A stretch of 64,000 nucleotides of DNA, taken from positions 16 to 64,015 of the forward strand of contig CACZEK010000014.1 of the NCBI GenBank assembly GCA_902780135.1, in the 5' to 3' direction. Each line of letters starts with the position of its first letter. The first letter of the stretch is position 1. The notes beneath the pieces are model-generated. The model saw nothing but the letters and a program-made list of their open reading frames with translations. It had not been told where the DNA came from and did no database searches. Position numbers and translations under genes: made by a program. Source of the DNA: an uncultured bacterium. GTDB lineage: Bacteria; Verrucomicrobiota; Lentisphaeria; Victivallales; UBA1829. Below are positions 47,095-55,936 of the stretch, in pieces.

Positions 47095-49997
47095 TTTTTA
47101 GAGGAAGATGCGGCGGATTCGTTCTTTTTGCCGGCGGTTTTCTTGAGTTTTTCGGGCGTGATGTAGACGATGTCGCCGAGCGAGGCGTGCCCTTTGCCGT
47201 CCGGCTGCATCAGCACGTTGAGCGAGATCGACTCAAGTCCGGCTTTCAGGCGGATCACCACGTCTCCGGTCGTCGAGACTTTCCTTTCATGGAGAAGCTC
47301 GCCGTTGACGTAGATCATGGCCTTGCCGGTCATGTTCCGGAAGCAGAGGGAGCCGCCGTTTTCCATGATGTTCGCGGGGAGGCTCGATTTCGCGAAAAAG
47401 AGCACCCAGTCCTTGGGCTTGAGGGAAAGCTCGTTGCCGGGCTGGACGGCCGTGAGGTGCTGAATGGCGTCTTCGCCGGATTCGTCCGAAAGCAGCTCGG
47501 GTTTGGAGGAGGTGGACTGGGTGATGCGCCAGCCGTTGACCGTAACTTCCTGGTTGACGAAGCCTTCGATGACGGGAACCGGGGTGGAGGCACTCGGCTT
47601 GAGGATGCAGGACGCGGGGCTGAGCCCTTCGCTTTTCGCCGTGATCACGACGGGCTCCTTTTTCCCGGTTTCGGACGACTGGACGATGATCTGCGCATAG
47701 CCGTTGAAAAGCGGGCGGGAATCGGCTTTTTCGCTGAGCGTGCAGGTCGGGTCGCCGTTGCCGACGCCGACATTCCGTCCGGGGCCGGAGATCTCGAATT
47801 CGACCGGGACCTTTGCATCCGGGATGATGCGTCCCGACGCGTCGACGGCGCAGACCGTGACGGGGACGGCGTCGCGCCCGTCGTTTTTGAGCTCGGTGCG
47901 GTCGGGAACGAGCTTGAGCCCGACGGGTTTTCCGGTGGTTTCGATCTGGGTGCGGATGACCTCCTTGCCTTCTTTTCTTCCGATGAGAAGCAGCGTGCCG
48001 GGGTCGTAGACGACTTTCTGCGTCAGCATCTGAACGGGGTCGACCTTGAACGTGCCGAGCGTTTTTCCGTTGAGGATGAACGTGACTTCCTCCACATTCG
48101 TGGCGCAGAAAACGTCGATCTCCTGCCCGTCTTTATGCGAGTTCCAGTGCGGAGCGGCGAAGAGGACCGGCTTGTCGAGCCACTGCGCCTGGCGGATGTA
48201 GAACGCCGTCTTCGGGAATCCGCAGAGGTCCATGCAGCCGAAATAGCTGCTGTTCGCCGGGAACTTGTTGTTGAAGGGGGTCGGCTCTCCGTGGTAGTCG
48301 AATCCGGTCCAGACGAACGTTCCGGCGAGGAACCGGCGGTTCAGGACGGTTTCCCAGTCCTTGCGGTGGGTCGTTCCCCATTCGGCGTGGTAGTCGTCGA
48401 AATCGGCGCAGATGAGCTTTTCGGGGTCCGTTGCGGGCTCTCCGCGCGTTTCGAACGCGCTGGCGCCTTCGGTGAGGATGACGGGAATGTTCGGATACTC
48501 CGCGTGGAACCGGTCGATCTCTGCGTACTGGTAGTTGAACCCGACGATGTCGAGGACGTTCCGCGCGCTGTCATCCGAGAAGAATCCGCCGTTCATCGCC
48601 GCGAGGATGGGCCTGGTCGGGTCCTCCGCCCTGATGACGTTGACGAGCGCGCGGGCGATCTCCTGCCCGCGGTATTCGCCCTGAAGCGGCTCTTCGTTGA
48701 ATATGCTCCAGGCGAGGACGGAGGGGTGGTTGCGGTCGCGGCGGACCTGCGCCCTGACGTATTCCAGCCAGTCCGGGCCGGCGTTGAACGCGCGGTTTTC
48801 GTCGATGACGAAGAGGCCGTATTTGTCGCAGAGGTCGAGGATGTTTTCGCTCGGGGGATTATGGGCGCAGCGGTAGGCGTTCGCTCCCATTTCCTTGAGC
48901 TTCTTGATGCGGAACTCCTCAATGGACGCGGGGACCGCGGCGCCCACGCCTGCATGGTCCTGGTGGTTGCAGACGCCTTTCAGCTTGATCGCCTTGCCGT
49001 TGAGCGTGAATCCGTTGGTGAAGTCGAACTTGAAGCTGCGGAATCCGAAGTTGACGGTTTTCTCATCGTAGACGCGCGAATCGTTCTTGAGCGTGAGCTT
49101 GAGCTTGTAGATCGAAGGGGAGTCCGGCGACCAGAGCCTCGGCGTATACAGCTTGATGGAATAGGGGAGGTTGACCGTCTGGTTCGGCGGCAGCGTCGGA
49201 GCGAACCGCTTGGATTCGACTTTTTTCCCGTCCGGGTCCATGATGTCGATGTCCAGGGTCGGCGACAGGTCGAATATGCTGTCGTTGACGAGGTTGACGT
49301 ATCCGTTGACGTTCCATCCGTCGAGCTTGAGCTCGGCGTTCACCAGGACGCCGTTTTCGGTCGGGATGTGGACCTGATTGCTGACGATGAGCTTGACGTC
49401 GCGGTAAATGCCGGCGCCTTCGTACCACCAGCCTTCGGAAACGACGGCATTGACTTCGACCGCGATCACGTTGTCCCGTCCGTACATCAGCGCGGGCGAG
49501 ATGTCTATCGTAAAGGAGTTGTAGCCGCTGTAGTTGTGGTGGAAGAGCGTCTGGTTGACCCAAATCGTCGAGTGCGTGGCGATGCCGCCGAACTGGAGCT
49601 CGACATGCTTGCCTTTCCAGGATGCCGGCACGAAGAAACGTTTGCGGTAGTAGCCCCATCCGCGTTTGCGGTAGCCCTGCTCCCCGTTCTCATCCGGGTA
49701 GAATCCGTCCTCGACCGACCAGTCATGCGGCAGGTTGACCGGACGGAAGTCGCTTTCATCGAACTTGAGGGAGGTAAACGGCCAGACCGCGTCCGAAGTG
49801 GCGGCTTTCGCGCCCGCCCAGACGGATTTGTGTTCCTTGTATTCCTTCGGGGTGAGCTGACGGTCCGACTGCATGAACATCCAGCCCGGGTTGAAGTCGT
49901 AGGTCTCGGATGCGGCCGATGTCCAGGCGAACGTCAGCAAAAAGAAGAACAGACAGATGAATTCGGCGGCGGTTCGGTTCAATATTTTCATATTCAT
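47091..49997 (-). CDS. GH2 family beta-galactosidase-like hydrolase
   Basis: LPHDW, WYEGAGIYR, GVCNHQD, RDRNHPS..WS..NEE and WTGFDY.GEP motifs, plus a signal peptide. Confidence 0.93.
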   Translation of the reverse strand: MNMKILNRTAAEFICLFFFLLTFAWTSAASETYDFNPGWMFMQSDRQLTPKEYKEHKSVWAGAKAATSDAVWPFTSLKFDESDFRPVNLPHDWSVEDGFYPDENGEQGYRKRGWGYYRKRFFVPASWKGKHVELQFGGIATHSTIWVNQTLFHHNYSGYNSFTIDISPALMYGRDNVIAVEVNAVVSEGWWYEGAGIYRDVKLIVSNQVHIPTENGVLVNAELKLDGWNVNGYVNLVNDSIFDLSPTLDIDIMDPDGKKVESKRFAPTLPPNQTVNLPYSIKLYTPRLWSPDSPSIYKLKLTLKNDSRVYDEKTVNFGFRSFKFDFTNGFTLNGKAIKLKGVCNHQDHAGVGAAVPASIEEFRIKKLKEMGANAYRCAHNPPSENILDLCDKYGLFVIDENRAFNAGPDWLEYVRAQVRRDRNHPSVLAWSIFNEEPLQGEYRGQEIARALVNVIRAEDPTRPILAAMNGGFFSDDSARNVLDIVGFNYQYAEIDRFHAEYPNIPVILTEGASAFETRGEPATDPEKLICADFDDYHAEWGTTHRKDWETVLNRRFLAGTFVWTGFDYHGEPTPFNNKFPANSSYFGCMDLCGFPKTAFYIRQAQWLDKPVLFAAPHWNSHKDGQEIDVFCATNVEEVTFILNGKTLGTFKVDPVQMLTQKVVYDPGTLLLIGRKEGKEVIRTQIETTGKPVGLKLVPDRTELKNDGRDAVPVTVCAVDASGRIIPDAKVPVEFEISGPGRNVGVGNGDPTCTLSEKADSRPLFNGYAQIIVQSSETGKKEPVVITAKSEGLSPASCILKPSASTPVPVIEGFVNQEVTVNGWRITQSTSSKPELLSDESGEDAIQHLTAVQPGNELSLKPKDWVLFFAKSSLPANIMENGGSLCFRNMTGKAMIYVNGELLHERKVSTTGDVVIRLKAGLESISLNVLMQPDGKGHASLGDIVYITPEKLKKTAGKKNESAASSSKK

Positions 49998-50173
49998 AAG
50001 AAGCTGTCCTTTCGTTTTGAAGCCCCGCATGTCCGGCGGGAGCGGATCGCAGATAAAAACGGAAGAAAGAATTGTTCCTGTATTAATATAGCATAGATTC
50101 AACAGGAATCAAACCCCGCCGCGGGAAAACATGCAAGTCTATCCCGCAGAATGGGTTGCCGTTTGCGGAAGCG

Positions 50174-50893
50174 TCAGAAGGAGACGTTGATGTCGCCGGA
50201 GATCGCGGTCGGATGCGGGATGAGCTTCAGCCCCATGGAGTTCTGCCAGTCCTGGTCCCAGTTGTTGAGCATCAGCGGATCGGTCGGCGGGCCGAAGGGG
50301 TTCAGGTCGGTCACGAGGATCTCGTCCTTCGACGTGAAATAGATGTCGAGCACGAGGTCGGGATCGGGGAGCACCCAGAAATTCCTGTCGATGAAGTCGA
50401 CGGCGAGCGTCCAGTATTTTTCCTTCTGTTTTTCCAGGTGCGGATAGTGGCGCGTCATCCAGTACTGGCTCATCGCGCGCAGCTTGCCGTCCTTCACGAA
50501 CAGACGGAACTCGCGGGCGGAATCCATGCGGCGGAAGGGCCGAACGCAGAGCGCGGAGACCATGCCGTTCGCGGCGGCGTTCCGCACCTTCGCGCTCTGG
50601 GTCAGGAAATACCATGCGCTGGTCGCGGAGCGCACCGCGCCGCGCTTTTCCTCGAACCGCACCGTGTCGGTCGGCGCGACGAGGTCCGTGCCCACGAAGC
50701 GCGTGAACGGGAATTTGCTCATGGCGCTGGCGAGGCGGTCGATCACGCTTTTCGCGATGCCGGAGTCCGTGTCGCCGGACTGGAGCGCCTGGATCTCAAT
50801 GTCCATCAGGAAGACGAAGTTTGTCGGGAGAGAGTAAACGGAAAGCCTCGGATACCAGTTCTGGATCCGGCAGTGTTCAAGTTTTGCGTCCAT
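50174..50893 (-). CDS. Cdc123/D123-like ATP-grasp protein
   Basis: HC...WYP, AP.D, EFRLFVK.GKL..SQ, DIY and DLNPFG..TDPL motifs are collinear with eukaryotic Cdc123 as I recall its sequence. AAGGA RBS. Confidence 0.8.
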   Translation of the reverse strand: MDAKLEHCRIQNWYPRLSVYSLPTNFVFLMDIEIQALQSGDTDSGIAKSVIDRLASAMSKFPFTRFVGTDLVAPTDTVRFEEKRGAVRSATSAWYFLTQSAKVRNAAANGMVSALCVRPFRRMDSAREFRLFVKDGKLRAMSQYWMTRHYPHLEKQKEKYWTLAVDFIDRNFWVLPDPDLVLDIYFTSKDEILVTDLNPFGPPTDPLMLNNWDQDWQNSMGLKLIPHPTAISGDINVSF

Positions 50894-50923
50894 GTGTCCG
50901 TTTCCTTTTTTTGGGGCTTGCGG

Positions 50924-51964
50924 TTAAAAATCGGAATCGTCGAAGTCGTCGTCCTTCTTTTCGAGCTGGGGGCAGACTTTTTTCATGACGGCCCGGAACG
51001 CGAAGAGCTGATAGACGAAGAATATGCAGACGAAGAGGATCTGAAACGAGATGAATCTGGCGCCGCCGGCGGCGTCGAACAGCGTGGCGGCGATCTGGGC
51101 GGGGAACGTGGAATACACCATGACCGTCAGGACATTTTTGTATTCGAGCCCCTTCGGCAGGGTGGATGCGCGCAGGTACTGGACCAGCGACACCAGCAGG
51201 ATGATCAGGGCGATCGTCAGGAAGTTGCGCCCGAACGTCGTCAGCAGGATGACCGCGGTCAGCATGGAGAGCGCGAAGCGCGCCGCCTGCGATCCGGTCG
51301 TCAGGATGGCGGGCGCGTCCTCCGCGGACGCTTTTCCGTCGGCATGCTTCGTTTCCGGCGCGGCGAATTCCTTCTTCAGGGTTTCGGCGAGTCCGGGCCC
51401 GGAGAACATCTCCCAGCGGGCGCTGAGCTCCTGCATGTCTTTGATGGTGTCTTCATCGGATTTTTCCGCCGTGAGCCAGGCGTACAGCGCCGGGGCGGAC
51501 AGCAGGTTCGCGCTGAAGATGTCCTCGCCTTTCCAGTTCACGCCGGACCAGGAGGCAAGGCCGCCGGAGAGGATGACGACGCCGAGGTCGGAGGTGCGCC
51601 CGGCGTTGAAATCGTCGCTCGTGAACGTGTCGCCGGGGTAGTATTCCAGCGTGATGTAGGGGAGCTTGAAGCGACGCGGCGTGTCCGGGTCTTTCTGGAA
51701 CGAAAGCGTCTCCGGCGTGATCACGAAGGCGCCGATCTCCTCGTCGAGATTGCGGCCGGCGCGCTCGAACGCGCCTTTCTGCACCAGCGTGCCGACTGCC
51801 GCGGCCATGACGGCGCAGAGAAGCGTCAGGAGGAAGAACCGCCAGACGGCGCGCGCGGGCGAAGAGCCGTAGATCTCGGTGAGGATCTTTGTCCCGGCGC
51901 ACAGGCGCACGACGGTGGCGAGGAATCCGGGCGCGGACCCGGTGTTTGTCCCGGGCAGCGGCAT
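50924..51964 (-). CDS. Membrane protein (DUF1189-like layout)
   Basis: One N-terminal TM, a soluble loop and C-terminal TMs with Y...VYS.FPA. Confidence 0.6.
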   Translation of the reverse strand: MPLPGTNTGSAPGFLATVVRLCAGTKILTEIYGSSPARAVWRFFLLTLLCAVMAAAVGTLVQKGAFERAGRNLDEEIGAFVITPETLSFQKDPDTPRRFKLPYITLEYYPGDTFTSDDFNAGRTSDLGVVILSGGLASWSGVNWKGEDIFSANLLSAPALYAWLTAEKSDEDTIKDMQELSARWEMFSGPGLAETLKKEFAAPETKHADGKASAEDAPAILTTGSQAARFALSMLTAVILLTTFGRNFLTIALIILLVSLVQYLRASTLPKGLEYKNVLTVMVYSTFPAQIAATLFDAAGGARFISFQILFVCIFFVYQLFAFRAVMKKVCPQLEKKDDDFDDSDF

Positions 51965-51966
51965 GG

Positions 51967-52575
51967 TCAGACGAGCCTCCTGACTTTGAATCCGCGGGGG
52001 CCGTTGCGTTTGATGATCTTTTCGACGCGCCTGGAAATGGACGGATAGACCTCCGGGTCGACTTTCTGGACGAACACGACGCCGTCGAGGTGGTCGAGCT
52101 CGTGCTGGACGACGCGCGCGAGGAGCCCGCCGCATTCGAGGACGAACTCGGTGCCGTCGAGGAGCATGGATTTGAGCACGACGGCGTCGCTGCGCATGAC
52201 GCGCCCGTAGACGTCCGGCACGCTCAGGCAGCCTTCGTCGAACGGGCAGAGGTTTCCGGAATACGAAACGATCTCGGGGTTGATCAGCGTGATCGGCATT
52301 TTCGGGAGGAGTTTGCGCTCGCCCTCCGAATGTACGGGAAGCTCGTTGCCGTCCTCGTCGGCCGGCGGGTCGATGTCGATGGTCACGATGCGCTGCAGGA
52401 GGCCGACCTGGTTGCCCGCGAGGCCGATCCCGTGCGACTTGTACATGATCTCAAGCATCGCCTCGGAGATGCGTTCCGTCTCCTCGTTGATCTCTTCCAC
52501 CGGACGCGCTTTCGCCGCCAGGATCGGATCGCCGAGCAGGCGGAGCTTGAGTTTTTCGACGGGGATGTTGTTCAT
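51967..52575 (-). CDS. def: Peptide deformylase
   Basis: GIGLAGNQVG, EGCLS and QHELDHLDG motifs. Confidence 0.96.
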   Translation of the reverse strand: MNNIPVEKLKLRLLGDPILAAKARPVEEINEETERISEAMLEIMYKSHGIGLAGNQVGLLQRIVTIDIDPPADEDGNELPVHSEGERKLLPKMPITLINPEIVSYSGNLCPFDEGCLSVPDVYGRVMRSDAVVLKSMLLDGTEFVLECGGLLARVVQHELDHLDGVVFVQKVDPEVYPSISRRVEKIIKRNGPRGFKVRRLV

Positions 52576-52593
52576 GCGTTCCTCCCGGCGTGG

Positions 52594-54180
52594 TTACGCG
52601 GTTGCGGCCAGCGCGGCGCGGATGCGGCGGGCGCATTCCTTCACGCCGATGCAGACGACCGTTTCGTAGATGCTGGCGCCGACGGTGACGCCGCAGACGG
52701 CGACGCGGACGGGCTGGTTGAGTGCGAACTGGGAAAGTCCGTCGGCGGCCTCGATGGCGCGGAGCGCGTCCTCGACCGCCTTCGGATCGTTTTCGGGGAG
52801 CGCGTCGAACGCGCCGGCGGCTTTCGTCAGCGCGGCGCGCATGGGCTCCGGCGCGAGGAATTTCTTCACGCCCTTCGGATCGTAGTCGACCGGGACCGCG
52901 AAGAAATACGTCCATGCCGCGAGGTCGGTCATGAGCTTGGTGCGGGTCTGCATCAGGTCCGCCACGGCGTCGAAGCGCGCGCGGTCGACGGATTCCCGCC
53001 ACGGGTAGGCCGCGGCGAACTCCCAGGCGCGTTCGCGGAAGACCGCCGGATCGAGCGCGGCGATGTACTGCCCGTTCAGGTTCGCCATCTTCACGGCGTC
53101 GAACTGCGCGGGCGAATGCTGGACGCGGGCGAGGTCGAACGCTTCGACGAGTTCGTCGCGGGACATCTTCTCGCGGTTGTCGCCGGAGGACCAGCCGAGG
53201 AGCGTCAGGTAGTTGAAAAGGGCTTCCGGGAGCACGCCTTTGTCGCGGAAATCGCCCACGAAGGCGTCGCCGTCGCGCTTGCTGTACGGCTTGCCCTGGG
53301 CGTTCACGATCATCGGCAGGTGGGCGTAGGACGGCACCTGCGCGCCGAGCGTCCGGAACATGAAGAGGTGGCGGTAGGTATTCTCCACGTGGTCGTCGCC
53401 GCGCACGATGAGCGTGATGCCCTGCGTGATGTCGTCGCAGACGTTCGCGAGGTGGAAGACCGGGCTGCCGTCGCTGCGGACGATGATGAAGTCGCGCATG
53501 CTGTCGAGCGGCTTGGAGAGGTGCCCCTTCACCATGTCGTCGTAGAAGACTTCGCGGCGGATGAACGTCATGGACGCGGCGTGCTCGACGGTTTCCGATA
53601 CGCCGCCCAGGATCGCGTTGAGTTTTTCATCCGTGAGCTCGAAGAGCGTCTGCCCGGCGGCGTCGAGGATCGCAAGGCCCTTGAATCCGGCGAGGCACGC
53701 CTGGTTCTCCGCCGGTTTCCCCTTCGAGGAGAGCGTCGTGAATTCCAGCCCGCCGCCGTTGATCGTGACCGTGCTGTCCGGCGCGAGGGCGAGCGAGGCC
53801 GCGCCGACCGTGCGCACGAACGGGAAATCGTCGCAGAAGACGGGGATGCGGAAGAGGATCGGGGAATGTTCCGGGGCGGCGGGGTCGCGCGGATAGGCGT
53901 TGCCGTCTTCCATCAGCTTCTTTGCCGCCTCAAGGTGATGCTGCGCCTGCGAGGTCTGGTAGAGGACTTCCTCGTCGTAGTCGAGGCCGAGCCACTCCAT
54001 GCACTCCAGGAGCGTGTCGATCGCCTCTTTCGTGGAGCGTTCGAGGTCGGTGTCCTCGATTCTGAGAATGAACTTGCCGCCCATGTGGCGGGCGGCAAGC
54101 CAGTTGAAGATCGCGGTGCGGATGTTGCCGATGTGGACCTGTCCGGTGGGGGAGGGTGCGAATCTGAGTCTGTGCTGCAT
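52594..54180 (-). CDS. gltX: Glutamate--tRNA ligase
   Basis: RFAPSPTG, HIGN, RIEDTD, RGDDH and PYSKRDG motifs, with the anticodon-binding domain present. Confidence 0.93.
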   Translation of the reverse strand: MQHRLRFAPSPTGQVHIGNIRTAIFNWLAARHMGGKFILRIEDTDLERSTKEAIDTLLECMEWLGLDYDEEVLYQTSQAQHHLEAAKKLMEDGNAYPRDPAAPEHSPILFRIPVFCDDFPFVRTVGAASLALAPDSTVTINGGGLEFTTLSSKGKPAENQACLAGFKGLAILDAAGQTLFELTDEKLNAILGGVSETVEHAASMTFIRREVFYDDMVKGHLSKPLDSMRDFIIVRSDGSPVFHLANVCDDITQGITLIVRGDDHVENTYRHLFMFRTLGAQVPSYAHLPMIVNAQGKPYSKRDGDAFVGDFRDKGVLPEALFNYLTLLGWSSGDNREKMSRDELVEAFDLARVQHSPAQFDAVKMANLNGQYIAALDPAVFRERAWEFAAAYPWRESVDRARFDAVADLMQTRTKLMTDLAAWTYFFAVPVDYDPKGVKKFLAPEPMRAALTKAAGAFDALPENDPKAVEDALRAIEAADGLSQFALNQPVRVAVCGVTVGASIYETVVCIGVKECARRIRAALAATA

Positions 54181-54249
54181 GGTGGTGAAAAGATGCGGGC
54201 CGTGAAAGGCCCGCGCATTGTGTTCAGGATTGCGGTTGAAAGGAGCGGA

Positions 54250-55668
54250 TCAGTTGGCGTTGGTCGCGGCGAGGATCTGCGCCTTGGCGTTGTGCATGCT
54301 GACGACGGCCTGGGCGAGAGAGTTCTCCGCATTGACGAATTCGCGCTGGACTTCGTTCACGCGGGTGATGGCGCAGTTGCCGGCTTCGTATTCGTCGTCG
54401 ACCAGGTCGCGCATCTTGCGGACGGCCTCGAGGTTCTTCTGGTAGAGCTTGACGGTCTTGAGGCTGACGATGTAGTTTTCATACGCGGTGCGGACGTCGT
54501 TGATGACGGTGATCCACTGGTCGGCGAGGGTGTACTCCGCCTGTTCCATCGCGGCCTGCGACGCGCGCATGTTGAAGAACGTGGCGCCGCCGGAGAAGAG
54601 CTCCCAGGACACGTTGATGTTGGAGTTGAACGTGCTGTAGCGGTCCCTGCGGATGCCGGGGTGGCTCGTGTAGGTCTTGTAGTGGTACGGGCTGCTGTGG
54701 CGCGCGGAATTCGTGTAGCCGAGGCTGAGCGAGGTCGTGACGGTCGGGCCGAACGCCGCGATGCTGGAGTAGTAGCTGAACTTCGCCGCTTCGAGCGATT
54801 CGCGGAGCGATTTCAGGTCGGGGCGGTTGGCGAGGGCGGCGTCGAGGTAGACGTTCTCGTCGGCGAGCATTTCGCCGTCGACCGCGAGCTCTTCGGGGAA
54901 TTCGACGTCGTCCGGGATGGTGCCTTCGGTGAGACCCATGAGGGCGGCGAGGGCGTATTTGGACGAGGCGAGCGAGTAGTTCGCGGAGTAGAGGTTGCTT
55001 TCGGCGTTGTTGTAGTTCACCTTGAAGTTCAGGACGTCGGAGAGCGTGGACGCGCCGACGCCGTACTTGAGCTCGGTTTCCTTCAGGAGCTGGCGGTTGT
55101 AGCGCATGTCTTCCAGGGCGATGTTTTTCCTTGCCTTCGCGAGCATCACGTTGTTGTACGCATAGGCGACGTTCTGGAGGAGCAGACGGCGGGCGTCCTG
55201 CTCGATCTGTTCCGTCGCCTTCCAGTTGTGGCGCGCGGCGAGCAGGTTCATTTCGCGCTGGAAGCTGTCGAAGACGAGCAGCGAAGCGGTCATGGACGGG
55301 GAGGACGTGAAGCTCTTGTAGCTGGAGCCGGCGTCTTCCGTGTAGCCGCGGTAGTTGGTGGAGCTGAGGGCGTAGGACGCGGTGACGGTGGGCAGATAGA
55401 ACGAGAATCTGCGGTAGTACTGCGCCCGCGCCTGGGAAACGGCGAAGTAGCGGGACTTGAAGCTCGGGTTGTTCTGAATGGCGATGGTCTGCGCTTCGTC
55501 GAGGGTCAGGAGCTTGAGGCCGGACGGAAGTTTCTGATGTTCCTCGGCGGTAACCTCGGTGAACTTGTCCTTGGAAATTGCCGCAGGCGGTTTCGCGACG
55601 TTGCACGCGGTCAGAGCCGCGAGGAGGATCGCGGAAACGACGGTAGCGCTCAGAACTTGGGTTTTCAT
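54250..55668 (-). CDS. TolC-family outer membrane efflux lipoprotein
   Basis: Lipobox LTAC, A..NNP, two OEP repeats (YLPTV and FGPTV) and WELFSGG. Confidence 0.88.
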   Translation of the reverse strand: MKTQVLSATVVSAILLAALTACNVAKPPAAISKDKFTEVTAEEHQKLPSGLKLLTLDEAQTIAIQNNPSFKSRYFAVSQARAQYYRRFSFYLPTVTASYALSSTNYRGYTEDAGSSYKSFTSSPSMTASLLVFDSFQREMNLLAARHNWKATEQIEQDARRLLLQNVAYAYNNVMLAKARKNIALEDMRYNRQLLKETELKYGVGASTLSDVLNFKVNYNNAESNLYSANYSLASSKYALAALMGLTEGTIPDDVEFPEELAVDGEMLADENVYLDAALANRPDLKSLRESLEAAKFSYYSSIAAFGPTVTTSLSLGYTNSARHSSPYHYKTYTSHPGIRRDRYSTFNSNINVSWELFSGGATFFNMRASQAAMEQAEYTLADQWITVINDVRTAYENYIVSLKTVKLYQKNLEAVRKMRDLVDDEYEAGNCAITRVNEVQREFVNAENSLAQAVVSMHNAKAQILAATNAN

Positions 55669-55936
55669 ATTATCGGGTCGCCTTTCGATAGGGTAAATTG
55701 TTTTGTAAACGAATCAATACCTCTTAAATATACATCGCTCTGCCGGATTATTCAAATGCGTCTCTTAAGAAAAATGATTTTTTTCAGCCGGGACGCGCGA
55801 ATTCTTTTTCCGGAGATGAAACGCCCGGTTCATGCGGGAAAATGCTTGCAAAAAACGGACGGGAGAGTATATTATCCTGAAAAAAGTTTCCCGGATCGTT
55901 GTCCGGGATGCAATTACCGAACCGGATCCTGCTGCC

